From Hormiphora californensis (lineage: Eukaryota > Animalia > Ctenophora), in NCBI GenBank assembly GCA_020137815.1, contig CM035352.1:62001-126000 (forward strand): a DNA stretch of 64,000 bases, read 5' to 3'. The position numbers and the translations under genes are program-made. The notes beneath the pieces were generated by a model, which saw only the letters and a program-made list of their open reading frames with translations, did no database searches and had not been told where the DNA came from. This document shows positions 37,487 to 49,759 of the stretch, one piece after another (position 1 is the stretch's first letter; every line of letters starts with the position of its first letter).

Positions 37487-37869
37487 CCTTACTCACTGTA
37501 AATCAGCGAACCGTTAATTATCGCTTCTATAATTAAGAATAACATAATTAAGAATAAATTTTCTAGCGAAGAATATGACCAAAATTTGGATAAAAAGGCT
37601 AAAATACAATCTATACTTGTTTCAAATTGCCATTGAAGCAAAGGGGTCAACCAAATCATTTACAACACTGTCACTACGTGCACTCTTCAACGCATCAATG
37701 ATGCCAGCTGCTCTCCAGCCACTCTCCATGATACGCTTTCCCTTATCAGAGTGGAAGAAGTTGTAAGATTGTAGAAAAATAAGGAACTCTAAAATTAAGA
37801 ATAACAAAATTAAGAATATTTTTTGGCCATATTCTTAATTTTAGGTTCGCTGATTTACAGTGAGTAAGG
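37487..37869 (-). mobile_element. pogo-like deletion derivative with transposase C-terminal remnant
   Basis: ta|CCTTACTCACTGTAAATCAGCGAACC ... GGTTCGCTGATTTACAGTGAGTAAGG|ta; 37622-37765 (-) reads YNFFHSDKGKRIMESGWRAAGIIDAL...DPF. Confidence 0.8.
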
Positions 37870-38262
37870 TATTACAGTACTGTAATAGCGAGGCCCTGTA
37901 ATAGCGGCCCCTGTAATAACTCGCTATTGCAGTACTGTAATAGCGATACCTTGTAATAGTGATTAGCTATTACAGCAATACCCTCGTATCAGTTCACATT
38001 GTAAGCGGTTCCGCCGCTAATGAGGTTTACCGAATCGTGAGCAGTACCCCGTATCAGTTGATATTCTAAACAGTTCCGTCGCTAATGAACTACACAGAAT
38101 CGTGAACCGATACGGAGTGTACTGCGTATCGGTTCACACACCAAACTAGTCTCCTCTCTATCCCTCTCAGCTATCTCTGTATCTCTGTCTCTGTATCTCT
38201 GTATCTCTCCTTTCTCACGTTGCACAAGCCTACAATGCTTAAATCATGACATGTGATTCGTT

Positions 38263-38544
38263 GACGGCAGGGTGGTGTAGTGGCTAGTACACTCGCCTCT
38301 CACGCACTAGGTCCCGGGTTCGATCCTGGTCTAGCGCATGTCGTCTAGTCCACCAAGCTATGATTGGTAGGGGCTCTCTTGAGAGACCCGTAAGCAACAC
38401 GGAGTGCGTATGTTGTGGGGTAAGCGCCCGGCTACGCTGCAGAGAAATCTGCACCGGAAGGACCCGTGGCTGAAACGCCATTGAAAGGGATATCAGCACC
38501 CCCGGCACTGGATTTATCCTAGCCGTCCTGCATTTGCATTGCAT
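38263..38544 (+). mobile_element. tRNA-derived SINE (tRNA-Val-like head)
   Basis: A box TGGTGTAGTGG, B box GGTTCGATCC, (CATTG)n tail, 11-bp TSD TGTGATTCGTT (38252-38262, 38545-38555). Confidence 0.88.
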
Positions 38545-38993
38545 TGTGATTCGTTAAGATCATGTTTATTATAACGGGGGGGGGGGGGGGGGGGGGGGAT
38601 TTGGTGACAAATGAGATGCTGACATACGGGGGGGGGGGGGGCCTGTAATGTTAAGCACATGATCTTAACGAATCACGTGTCATGATTTAAGCACGTTAAG
38701 GTCGTGCAACGTGAGAAAGAGGGACAGAGAGAGACAGAGGCACAAAGAGATAGGGACAGTGATCATAGGGATAGAGCGATAGCTGAAAGAGACAGAGAGG
38801 GGATTAGTTTCGTGTGTGAACCGATACGTAGTACACTGATCCGTATCGGTTCACGATTCGGTAATCGGTATAGCTCATTAGCGGCGGAACTGTTTACAAT
38901 ATCAACCGATACGGGGTACTGCTCACGATTCGGTAAACCTCATTAGCGGCGGAACAATGTGAACTGATACGAGGGTACTGCTGTAATATAATA

Positions 38994-40813
38994 ACTTAAC
39001 TTAACTTAACTTAAGGCGAGTGGTATTCTCGAACGCTGTAGGTCAGTTTTCGCCAAGGATCTCGGCCAGCCATCATTGAAGATATCTCCTCTACGCTTTT
39101 CACTCCAGTATCTCTTCGTATGGTGTCCACGAATGTAAGGTTTGGTCTCCCTCTCTTCGTTTTACCGTGGGAGGGTTCCCATAACAATACTGAGTGGAGT
39201 GTTAGCTCTGGGTGTCTAAACGCGTGGCCAGCATGTCTCAGGCGTCTCTCTGCTATTTTGGTGCTGAGAATCGGCAGGTCACCATACAGCTCGCAGTTGG
39301 TCATCCTCAGGAGATACTGGTTTTTATTCAGTGCCATCCTGAGCATTCGGGTGTAGGTGCCGTTTAGACTGGGCTCTTGGTCTTTAGTAAGCGTCCACGT
39401 CTCACAGCCGTACAGCAGAACAGATTCTACACATGCCACAAATAATCGGACCTTTAGCTCGTCTTTAAGACTTGAGTTCCAGATCTTCTTAAGTTTATGA
39501 CATGCCACCCATGCTTTAGCCTTCCTGGTGTTAATGTCCCGAGTGGAGTCGGCGATCCAGCTACCAAGATACTTAAAGTCCTTTACCCTCTTGATGCTCT
39601 CTCCCGATAGAGATGTTAATTGCCCTGGGTCATCGATGCCCTCTGTCAGGAACTCTGTCTTGCCAAGGTTACAACGGAGGCCAATTTGGCCACACACGGT
39701 TTCCACCTCCTTGAGCAGAGATCCAAGTTGTTCAGTAGAGTCAGCAAGGAGCGCTAGATCGTCAGCAAACTCCGTATCCGATACCCGTTGAGCCTCAATC
39801 GGTCGAGATCTGGTACGCCGTGCTGGTTTGATTGTGAAACCAATATCCGGGTGCCTCGAGAGTGCCGTGGTGATGCAGTAGTCTAGAGCGATTATAAATA
39901 AGTAAGGTGCCAGTGTATCGCCCTGTAACACCCCAGCAACAATTTCAAAGAGAGCAGATTCTCCGTCAGCGGTGATGACCTTTGCCCTTGTGTTGGTGTA
40001 GAGCCAAGATATAAGGTCCACTATCCGTGCTGGGATCCCATACGCTCTGAGGATCTTCATCAAAGATTTCCTGTTGATGCTGTCAAAAGCTTTACAAAAA
40101 TCTATGAACACCATCGCAACAGGAAGGTTCTTTGCCCTCGCACCCTCAAGAATCCGCCTCAAAGTGAGGACATGGTTAGTAGTGGATCGGCCCTCCCGGA
40201 ACCCGTTCTGGTTATCGCTGAGCAGAGTTTCCACATGGGGCCTAATTCTGTGAAGGATCATCCGATTTAGCGTCTTAGCTACAATCGAAGTCAGAGCTAT
40301 CCCACGGTAGTTGCCGGGTTTTGAAAGGTCGCCCTTTTTTGGGACTGGGATCAAGTTGCTTATACGCCACTGATCCGGGACTCCTTTCCCATTTAGTGCT
40401 CCGTTACAGAACTCTAGTACAATGTCATCTACATCGCATCTCTTTAGTACTTCTGGAGGGATTGAGTCATCTCCAAACGCCTTGGCTTCCTTCAGTCTAG
40501 ACTTCGCTGATTTCAGCTCGTCTCGGGTGAAGGGGCCAACTTCGATTGGGCCAGGAGGGTGGATCTCCGGAATTTCCAGATCTCCATCTGTAGATTCAAC
40601 CGGTGTCCCAAGTAGGGTCTTGAAATGGTTGTACCATATCTCAACTCTATCGTCGGCTGAGTCACCCTCAATCTGACTTTGCTCTCGCTGGTGTCGTCCC
40701 GAAATTTCGTTGATCAACCTCCAGCTTTCCCTGGTCTTGGCGTGCTTAGTAGCAACCTCAACCTTACTGATCTTGTTCTCCAGTAGTTCAGAGTGCACAT
40801 TTTGGTACGCATT
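38994..40813 (-). mobile_element. 5'-truncated RTE-clade LINE, young insertion
   Basis: 13-bp TSD CTGTAATATAATA (38981-38993, 40814-40826); (GTTAA)n tail directly after the stop codon. Confidence 0.92.
39011..40798 (-). CDS. RTE non-LTR reverse transcriptase (endonuclease domain lost by 5' truncation)
   Basis: 595-aa open frame with PVPKKGD...NYRGIAL, QNGFREGRST, FIDFCKAFDS, GVLQGDTLAPYLF, FADD, FKYLGS. Confidence 0.93.
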   Translation of the reverse strand: MHSELLENKISKVEVATKHAKTRESWRLINEISGRHQREQSQIEGDSADDRVEIWYNHFKTLLGTPVESTDGDLEIPEIHPPGPIEVGPFTRDELKSAKSRLKEAKAFGDDSIPPEVLKRCDVDDIVLEFCNGALNGKGVPDQWRISNLIPVPKKGDLSKPGNYRGIALTSIVAKTLNRMILHRIRPHVETLLSDNQNGFREGRSTTNHVLTLRRILEGARAKNLPVAMVFIDFCKAFDSINRKSLMKILRAYGIPARIVDLISWLYTNTRAKVITADGESALFEIVAGVLQGDTLAPYLFIIALDYCITTALSRHPDIGFTIKPARRTRSRPIEAQRVSDTEFADDLALLADSTEQLGSLLKEVETVCGQIGLRCNLGKTEFLTEGIDDPGQLTSLSGESIKRVKDFKYLGSWIADSTRDINTRKAKAWVACHKLKKIWNSSLKDELKVRLFVACVESVLLYGCETWTLTKDQEPSLNGTYTRMLRMALNKNQYLLRMTNCELYGDLPILSTKIAERRLRHAGHAFRHPELTLHSVLLWEPSHGKTKRGRPNLTFVDTIRRDTGVKSVEEISSMMAGRDPWRKLTYSVREYHSP

Positions 40814-40975
40814 CTGTAATATAATAGCTGATCATTATTACAGGGCATCTCTATTACAGTACTGTAATAGCGAGTTATTACAGGGGCAGCTATTACAGGG
40901 CCTCGCTATTACAGTACTGTAATAGTGAGTTATTACAGTACTGTAATAGCGTGTCGAGATTCTTCCAACCTGCCC

Positions 40976-41429
40976 AAGAAGGATTGAGGGAATGGAAAAC
41001 CTCGACTACTGGGAGCGAATGAAAAAACTTCACCTCATGTCGTTACAAAGACGTAGAGAACGATACACTATTATTCAGCTATGGAAAATCAACAATGGCG
41101 TCGCCCCAAATAGCACCGGAACCCGGTTTTATCACCACGAACGGCTTGGAATAAAAGCCGAAGTTCCAAACCTGTACAGCGGAGCACAGAAGTCAATATC
41201 AACAAAATACTTCAACTCCTTCGGTGTAAGGTCTGCTCGGTTATGGAATGCATTACCGAAAAATGTCAACACGGCAGAGACTTTGGACACGTTTAAGGTC
41301 GTGCTGGGACGGTGGCTCGATCAGTACCCGGACAATCCACCCGTGAAGGGTTATGTGACTCAGAATGGAAATTCAATCTTAGATTGGGTACTAGCGGTTC
41401 GGGCGAAGGGGGGAGGTCGAAGAGACTGA
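40976..41429 (+). pseudogene. CR1/L2-group LINE ORF2 C-terminal fragment
   Basis: LDYWERMKKLHLMSLQRRRERY...NSFGVRSARLWNALP...FKVVLGRWL is the conserved post-RT region of CR1-group LINEs. Confidence 0.85.
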
Positions 41430-42323
41430 CACCTTTTAAAGTACACCCCAAACTACTATGTCCCTCACTCGGGTTTTGTGAAATTTCCACGGTCATAACT
41501 CCACTCCCTGATGAGATAGAGACTTGAAATTTGTTTTGTACGAAGAACTCAATATCAGGGGCTGATAGTGAGACCGCAGAATCTGCTGTGTGCTGCGCAC
41601 AAAAGACTAGCAAATTTGAGTGGGTTTTACGGAAAAGCTTGCCGAGAGAGCAAATAACGGAATTTTTCCAAATTTTTTTCACTGTGGGATTCACAAGACC
41701 GTCACCTACAGCCCAGTGTAATCCCCGTGAAAAACGGTTAATTACAAGGTTCGCAGTGATCAAAACCGTAAACAACTTCATTTTTCAGTTTTCTTCATTT
41801 TTGAGAGGGTAGAGCTCTTTACCAGACTGTCACTCAAAATTGAGATAGAAAATCGAAAAAAATCGTCAAGTGTGTATCTCAAAATTGTCCATTCTTTCGA
41901 TTCCCGGGTTTTTTGAAACTCCTAGGGCAACCGTCTAGGGTGCAACCTCAAAAAACTTTGAAAACACCGTTTTTTTGAGCGCCGGATGAATTCTGCGGTC
42001 TCACTCAAAGTCACGTGACTTAGGACTAATTAGGCAAGTGAGAGCTGGGTTGTGAGACCGCAGAATGTGTTGTAATTCGTATATTCATATGAATCTCTCT
42101 CCCTCCCTCTCTTTAACACCACATTCTCTCCTTTTTGAGTGTAGAAACACACCAAGGGGGGGGGGGGGGGGGGGGGGAGTCTTTGGCCTTTCCTCGATCG
42201 AGTTGATCAGAAACTGGGAGAGTGCACAGCAGTGGGCAGTGGCTGTAAAAATGAAAATATAGTCAAAGCTTTCATCATCATCTGCCTATCTCTCTCTCTC
42301 TCTCTCTCTCACTCTCTCTCACC

Positions 42324-42424
<101 letters not shown>

Positions 42425-42431
42425 AGTCTCT

Positions 42432-43058
42432 GGGGGGGGTCCAGCCCTAAAAAAAGCTAAGCTAACGGCCAAAATCAGGGTACCTTTAGCTTTTTTTAGC
42501 TTTTTTTAGCTTTTTTTTAGCTTTTTTTTAGCCTTTTTTTAGCTTTTTTTTAGCTTTTTTTAGCTTTATTTAGCTTTTTTTAGCTTTTTTAAGGCTAAAA
42601 AAAAGCTAAAAAAAGCTAAAAAAAGCTAAAATTGAGTTTTTAGTGGATTCATATAGGTTCGAATCCCGCTGACGCCAAATTTTTTAAACTTTTATTATAA
42701 CGTTTTATAACGTTTTTTGAACTTTTTTAAAACTATTTTTATCAAATTTGAATAATATTTTTATCGAAAAAATGTCTCCAGAAAATGGCAGTAGGGGTGG
42801 ATACAGAAATTGCTATGTATGGACATAAACGGTAGATTATGGTAAAAAATGTGCAGGAAATGAACAAATGCAGTCAATAGACGTCCGGAAGGATGAAAAT
42901 TTAATGGAAAAGTGTCAAGATGAATGCTTGAAAAAACATAAAAAGTAGGGCTAAAAAAAGCTAAAAAAAGCTAAAAAAAGCTAAAAAAAGCTAAAATAAA
43001 AAACGCTATCGACCAAAATCAGGGTACCTTTAGCTTTTTTTAGGGCTGGACCCCCCCC
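42432..43058. mobile_element. MITE with G8/C8 termini and 7-bp TSD
   Basis: AGTCTCT|G8TCCAGCCCTAAAAAAAGCTAA ... TTAGCTTTTTTTAGGGCTGGAC8|AGTCTCT; (TTTTTTTAGC)n arrays; partial copy at ~33420-33504. Confidence 0.85.
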
Positions 43059-43139
43059 AGTCTCTCGATAAATCATAAGGCTGTAAAAAGCCTGGATATC
43101 TCTGAAATCCTACTTTGTTTTTCTTGAAGTTTTATTGAA

Positions 43140-43383
43140 AGAGATCGAGAGAGAGATCGAGAGAGAGAGAGATCGAGAGAGAGAGAGAGAGAGAGATCGA
43201 GAGAGAGAGAGATCGAGAGAGAGAGAGAGAGATCGAGAGAGAGAGAGATCGAGAGAGAGAGAGATCGAGAGAGAGAGAGATCGAGAGAGAGATCGAGAGA
43301 GAGAGAGAGATTCTATAGATATATAGAGACTAGAGAGCTAATAGATATATATCGATAGAGATAGAGATAGAGAGATAGAGATA

Positions 43384-43431
<48 letters not shown>
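43140..43431. repeat. (GA)n/GATC compound microsatellite
   Basis: Direct inspection. Confidence 0.9.
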
Positions 43432-43432
<1 letters not shown>

Positions 43433-46099
43433 CGGGGGGTCTCTCTCATCTAGTTGAGATCAGCCAAAGGATAGAGAAAGAGAAGGAGCTTGAGTTGGCT
43501 GTGTAGCGGCCAAGCCCTGTACAAAACAGAGGTCAGAGGGGTGCGAGATGCCCAAGAGGTTGATAATAACTATTGCCCAGTACCCGAGACCCGTCCACGC
43601 TATGTTGACATTCTCAGCACCGTGTATATGTGGTTCATCTCTTATTTCTATCATCACCTCGAAGAGAAGATGGTATAACACGGGTGGCCATAAATGAGGA
43701 CAATTTCTGAGGATCAACCCAGACCTATTAATACTAGTACCTACCTACGGGGGGGGGGGTCTGTATCAGACATCTATGGTGGTTAGGGTGGGTGGGTCCC
43801 GCAGGGACCCAGACGGCAGACAGTTAGGGGTTTCCCGGACAGTTAGGATTTTCCTCTAAGTACTGTCAAAATTTTGGAAATTTGGGTCAAAATTTGTGAA
43901 TTTTAGGTCCTGAAGGCACCACAGTGAAATATTTTTGCACGCTACGATTTTGGTCAGGCATCACACTGAAAATGTGGGGTTATGTGCGAACTATTTTTGG
44001 GGGTGGGTCCAAAAATTTGGGTAAGGAGACAGTTAGAGGAGGACCCCTAACTGTCAAAAATTTGAAATTTTCTGGAAAAATAGGTGTGGGTCCCAACTTT
44101 TGGGTTTGGGCAGTAGAGTCCCCCCTCAAAAAGGGGGGTTTTTTTCCCCTGGGCAAGGGGGGGGGTTCCCCAAATTTTTGGGGGGTTTTCCCCCCCCCCC
44201 CATTTAGAAGGGACCCCTCCTTCTTCAATTTTTTTTTTTTCCGGGGGTTTGGGTTTTTGGGGGGGATTTGGAAATAGGTTGGTTTTACCCCCCCCCCCCC
44301 CCTACCGTTTTTGGCCCTTGACCCCTTTTTTCATTCCAACCCTTTCTTTTTGGGTTTGGGGTTTGGAGCTTTACGGTTGCACCGGGTTTAAAAAGGAGCC
44401 CAGGCCCAGTACTTTTTTGGGCACTTTCATCCGGGGTGAAATCGTCTAAAGCCCTGGTTTTCAATAAGCCCCTGTTCCCCCCTTTTTCCCCCCTCCTCCT
44501 ATTTTCCATCTCTCTTTTCCCCCCCTTTCCCTTCTTTCCCCTCTCTCCCCCTTCTTCCTCTCTCTTCCCTCTCTCTCTCTCTCTCTCTATCTCTTCTCTC
44601 TCCCCCTCTCTCTCTCTTTTCTCCTTTTTCCCCTTTCCTCTCTTCTTTAAGCGAACAAAATAATTTCCCCTTTTTTAAAAAATCAAGATTGGATAGAATC
44701 CAGGCTTTTTACGCCAAATGTTTATCTAGAACTAAAAAGAAGAGAGAAAAAAAAAGGGGGGAGAGAGAAGAAGCAGAAAGGGGGTTTTTAGGAAAAAGGA
44801 AGAGAAAAATAAAAAAAGGGGGGGGGGATACGAGTGATGAAAGCTTGGGGACTATATTTTCATTTTACACCCATGCCCCCCGGGCCTCTCCCTTTTCTAT
44901 AAACCTCATAAAGGAAAAGGGCCCAAAAGACCCCCCCCCCCCCCCCCTGGTTTTTTTTACCTAAAAGGGGAGAAGGGGTTTTGTTGAAAGAGGGAGGGAG
45001 AGAGATTCATATAAAATACGAATTACAAAAAATTTTTTGCGGTTCAAACCCAGCTCTCACTTCAAATTAGTCCAAGTCCGTGACTTTGGTGAGACCGCAA
45101 AATTTATCCGGCCTAAAAAAACGGTGTTTTCAAAGTTTTTTGAGGTTCCCCAGAGGGGTTGCCCGGGTTTCAAAAAAAACCCGGGGGAACAAAAAGAATG
45201 GCTTTTTTGGGAATACACATTTGACGTTTTTTTTCGTTTTTCTATCTTTTTTGGGCCGTCTGGAAAGAGCTCAAACCCTCTCAAAAAAAAAACTAAAAAA
45301 GAAGTTGTTTATGGTTTTGACACTGCGACCTTGAAATTAAACCTTTTTTTTCAGGGGGAATTTAAATGGGCTGTGTGCGGTTTTGGGAATCCCACAGTAA
45401 AAAAAATTTTGGGAAAAATTTCCGTTTTGGCTCCCCGGGCCCAGCTTTCCGTAAACCCATTTAAATTTTTGCTATCTTTGTGCGCGCACAGAAATTTGCG
45501 GTTCATATCCCCCCTGAATATGATCTTACAAACAAATTTTTAAAGTCCCTTTAAGAAAAACCCCCTTTAATTTTAAAAAGTGTACTGAAAACCCCCGGTA
45601 GCCCCAAAAAAATTTTAAGGATAGTGCTCTTTTTTACAGTAAGTTTATTTTTGGCATCGCGCGCTCCAACAAATTAATTTCAAAGTGGTTTTCCCTGTCC
45701 GGGTGCTGTACCACTGCGTGGCCAACCGGAAAGGTGGTCCCGTCCATCCCGTGAAAAAAAAATACCGCCAGCTGAAATTTTCTGGACTGAGAAGCTTCTT
45801 GTAGACCTCTTCGATGGTGAAAATTTCAGTGCTAGCTCATTTGTTCGAAAGCTAATACACTACTCCAACAAGAAAAATTCAGAGACCGAGAACGTTACTC
45901 CCCCTACTCCATCCAATCATGCTCTGGAAAATGGCACACGGTTGAAGCGCCAAACAACATCGGTATCCGCTTTTACCAAAATGATCGTCAGGGACTCGAG
46001 CGGAGTGGCCAACATGCCCCACTACCAACATCGTCGGTGGCCACGAAATTCCCCAACTCTTCGCTTCTAGAGCGACCGACTCATGGAAGACCCTTGCCC

Positions 46100-46870
46100 A
46101 AGTAAGTGAACTCAGCCAAAACTGTGTGCAAAGTACTTCTTGGAGAGGGTCTTGAAGGGTAGGTTGTTTTGACCACCTTTCCTCCACTCGGTTCCATACT
46201 CCTCTTTTGTCAGGTTTTGAGTACGAGTGGTGATAACACGAGCGAATGTTCATTTCTGCGGTCCATTCTTCGTGTCGCTCTAGTTGGGGGTGGTTGGGGG
46301 GATCGGTGGTGTCCCCATTTGCCGAGGTACTCGGACCTGCAGTGTTATCATTCACCGTGTGATATCCACTTCCGGGAGTATATTTAGGCCAGATGCTGCT
46401 AGCCTGCTAGCATTCGCTGATCAGCCATCTCCTGCGGTGTTGTTACCATGTGTCCAGATTTTCTCTATTGATCTGAACTGGCTTGAGAGTTTGGCACCTG
46501 TTATGGGGGTTGCACCCTTGTCTTCCCATAGGCGTTCGAGCCTCTTCAGGATCCGGATGTGCCTGGGTTCTGCTGAGTAGTAGCAGTACCCCAATCTAGG
46601 TTCTCTTGCTTAACGCCGACCTTCCTGGTTTACGGGTGTTATACTCATGTCGAATAAGATAAGTAGTTTTGGGGGTGAAGTTTCAAACCAATCACTGTGC
46701 ATTGGTGTTACATAGTCATCGGTTTTTTAGAAGGAAGAGCCGGGTTTGGGGGTCTTAACACACTGCCACCGGTGCACAGCGGTAAACGGAATCCCACCGC
46801 CACATTTGGTCCGTTAGTGGATGGTTTACCCGCCATCCTTGCAGCGCTTTTTTAGCACGAACCGACACTT
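46100..46870 (-). mobile_element. Probable R4-like non-LTR retrotransposon 5' fragment
   Basis: EWTAEMNIRSCY..SKPDKRGVWNRVEERW resembles the WT.E.N...CYY.S.P..RGY..RM...W N-terminal motif I recall for R4-clade ORFs; boundaries approximate. Confidence 0.45.
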
Positions 46871-46929
46871 TCAAGCGTACGGGTGGTATATGTCTATATG
46901 GTGGATCTGGAACGGGGATATATATGTAA

Positions 46930-47730
46930 CATTGTGACTAGCCGGAACGGGGTAAACTATCCCCAGGAACGGATAAAACGATCCCTCCGGAACGGGGCAC
47001 CACCTCTGTGTGAGCGGGGTAAACATCCTCTCAGGCGGGGGTAAGGGGTAATACTTCCTCCCGGAACGGGGCAACTATCCTCTGTGGAGCGGGTAAACTA
47101 TCCTCTCAGGCGCGGGGTGGGGCAACATCCTCTCAGAACGGGGCAACTATCCTCTGTGGATCGGGGTAAACATCCTCAGGCGCGGGTAAGGGGTATACTA
47201 TTCTCTCTGGATCGGGGCAACTATCCTCTCGAGAACGGGGCAACTATCCATACTGTGGAGTGGGGTTAAATATCCGCTCAGGCCGGCAGGTAAGGGGGTA
47301 TACTATCCTCTCCGGAACGGGGCAACTATCCTCTGTGAGCGGGGTAAACTATCCTCTCAGGTGTGGGGTAGGGGTATCCTATATCCTCTCCGGAACGGGC
47401 AACTATCCTCTGCGGAGCGGGGTAAACTATCCTCTCGGTGTGGGGTAAGGGTATACTATCCTCTCCGAACGGGGCACTATCCTCTGTGGAGCGGGGTAAC
47501 TATCCTCTCAGGCGCGGTGGTAGGGGTATACCTATTCTCTCCGGAACGGGGCAACTATCCTCTGTGGAGCGGGGTAAACTATCCTCTCAGGGCGGGGGTA
47601 GGGGAATACTATTCTCTCTGGATCGGGGTAGACTATTCTCTCTGGGACGGACGATGGTAAAATTTCATCCTTGTGAATCAGCGGGGTAAACTATCCTCCC
47701 CGGAACGGGGAAAATGATCCTCTCCGAAGT
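46930..47730. repeat. Degenerate tandem array (~75-80-bp unit with CGGGG(C/T)AACTATCCTCT subrepeats)
   Basis: About 9 units; an oppositely oriented related array (CAGCTGACCCCGCTCCAGAGA) at 48570-48843 suggests subterminal repeats of one TIR element. Confidence 0.8.
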
Positions 47731-48843
47731 AATAACCCTAGTCTGGAGCGGTACCTCTTTAATGAGAGGTTTAGGGGGTTAGCAGATTAGTATCAGGATT
47801 TGTTAGTGGGTATTAGATAAAGGGGCATTGAGGTCCACAGGTGGCGGAAGTGCCGTTCCACGGTAACCCTAAGCCGGGGTAGGAACGTAATAGTTTGGCG
47901 ATGATACACTGTGGGCCGCCTAGCCAAGAGATCTTTTTGTGTTTTGGTATTTTATGATTTTTTTCCCGTATTTTTGATACACAGCCACGCTTAGCCACGG
48001 CCACACGGACCTAAAATCGATCAAGGGAAAAGGGGATGGGAAAGTACTCCGTGTGACCCTGTTGCCCGGGGAACCCGATAGGAGGTGGTGGCAGGTGGAC
48101 AACTCCCCCTCTCTCTCTCCTCTCTCTCCTCCTCTCTCTCCCTCTCTCTCATCTCTCTCGCTCTCGGTCCCCTACACGCCCACTCCCACATGGGGCCGTG
48201 AGGCCAATGCGAGAGCAGGGTTAAAATCCCCGACCCGGATCCTGTTTGGATCTGAGGGCCCGGAGGGTCCTGCGGAGTAAAGGTTAGGGTAGGTAGAACA
48301 ATGTACATACGGGTAAATTTAACATGTAACATTGGGTAAGGAAAAGGGGATGACTATTAAAAAAGGGGGATTAAAGCTCACGGAACGGAGCACAAGACCC
48401 CTAAACTATCTGCAAGAAGCCCAATCCTGCTACAATAATTCTAAGAAGAGACAACTTATCAGGAACTGAAGAGCAAACCGCCCTGAATACAAGGCAGCCT
48501 AAAACAAGCAGGAACGGGGTTCGAGCGAAAAAAAATTATACAATGGATGATGATTACATGTCGAGCCAGAGAGGACAGCCAGCCCGGTCCAGAGAAGCCA
48601 GCTGACCCCGCCCCAGAGAAACAGCTGACCCCGCCCAAAAGCCGCTGGCCCCGTTCAGAAAAACCAGCTGACCCCGCTTCCAGAGAAGCCAGCTGACCCC
48701 GTTCGAGAAGACGCCACCCCTTTCCAGAGAAGACAGTCTGAACCTCAACCCCGTTCCATTAAGGACAGCTACTCCCGCTCCAGTAAATACAGCTGACCCC
48801 GCTTCCAGTAAGACACTTACCCCGCTCCAGAGAGGACCGCCCC

Positions 48844-48943
48844 NNNNNNNNNNNNNNNNNNNNNNNNNNNNNNNNNNNNNNNNNNNNNNNNNNNNNNNNN
48901 NNNNNNNNNNNNNNNNNNNNNNNNNNNNNNNNNNNNNNNNNNN
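48844..48943. other. Assembly gap (100 N)
   Basis: Run of N. Confidence 1.
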
Positions 48944-49759
48944 TCAGTAATGCATAGATGGGCCGCGTGATGGTGCTATAATAATAAAAAAAAGCACAAG
49001 GGGGGGGGGGGGGGGGGTACCAGTATCATGTTAACGGGCGAAGGCCATAAAATCATGGATTATTGAAACCTACCATAGCTTGCATACTGTCTTTGCAAGG
49101 ATTCATTGGGGCCTGCTTCGCGCCGAAGTTCTATTCATCTTTAGACTGCTGTGCTCCTCCATGTATCGCCGTCCTTTTCTTCGGGCTAATGGTGTAGTGA
49201 CACTATCGCCAACTTATACATCATTGTTCCAGCCTTTCGCCTTCGAGACTCACGCATCTCTGTTGTCGTGGAAGTGGCTTCCTATGCCCTGCTTCAACTT
49301 CCAAGCTTATCCCTGGTCCATTCTCTCCCGGTGTTCTTATCCCGTGTACGATCGTAACGAGGAGCACATAATTGCATCATTATCAAATTGACCCTGATTT
49401 TATCGGTACCGTCTCCAACAGCTTTCTAGCATCATGTTTCTGGGTCGCATAGGAGTGCTCTATGAGGTCTGTGGCCCTTCTTTCTATTCGTAATAGAACA
49501 TCCTTGCCTGCCCATCATTATACCTTCTTTATCCTGTCTATGACCATATCGTTCCGAATATTGGCGTATCTTCGATTCATGAAAAATTGAAGTCCTGACC
49601 AGGTCTCTCGATGATAGTGTCCTCTCATCGCGAGCACTAGTACATTGCAGACTGTCAAGATGGTGTGTGTTGGTGGGAGAATAGAAGTGAGTCGCCATAC
49701 CGTCCTTAGATCGTAAGGGTTTCTCGGCGTGTCTGAGACGAAGAGGGAGAGAATGATCA

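Larger units (their letters stand above)
37434..40975. mobile_element. Foldback TIR element related to 34642-35486, hosting a MITE, a SINE and an RTE
   Basis: GGGCAGGTCGGAAGAATCTCGACACGCTATTACAG / CTGTAATAGCGTGTCGAGATTCTTCCAACCTGCCC; shares the internal ACCCTCGTATCAGTTCACATTG module; TSD not evident. Confidence 0.8.

Noticed and set aside
38266-38338. tRNA gene
   Set aside because: The acceptor stem does not pair well, and it is followed by a SINE body, tail and TSD
43924-45543. G/P/K/F-rich ORFs
   Set aside because: They lie in homopolymer-rich, probably erroneous sequence mirroring a non-coding TE arm
46355-46870. Self-cleaving ribozyme in the putative LINE 5' UTR
   Set aside because: No complete hammerhead core or HDV-like pairing could be traced by eye; an Infernal/Rfam scan would be needed
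46930-47730. Repeat array resembling a CRISPR locus
   Set aside because: Units are tandem homologues without unique spacers; no cas genes; eukaryotic context
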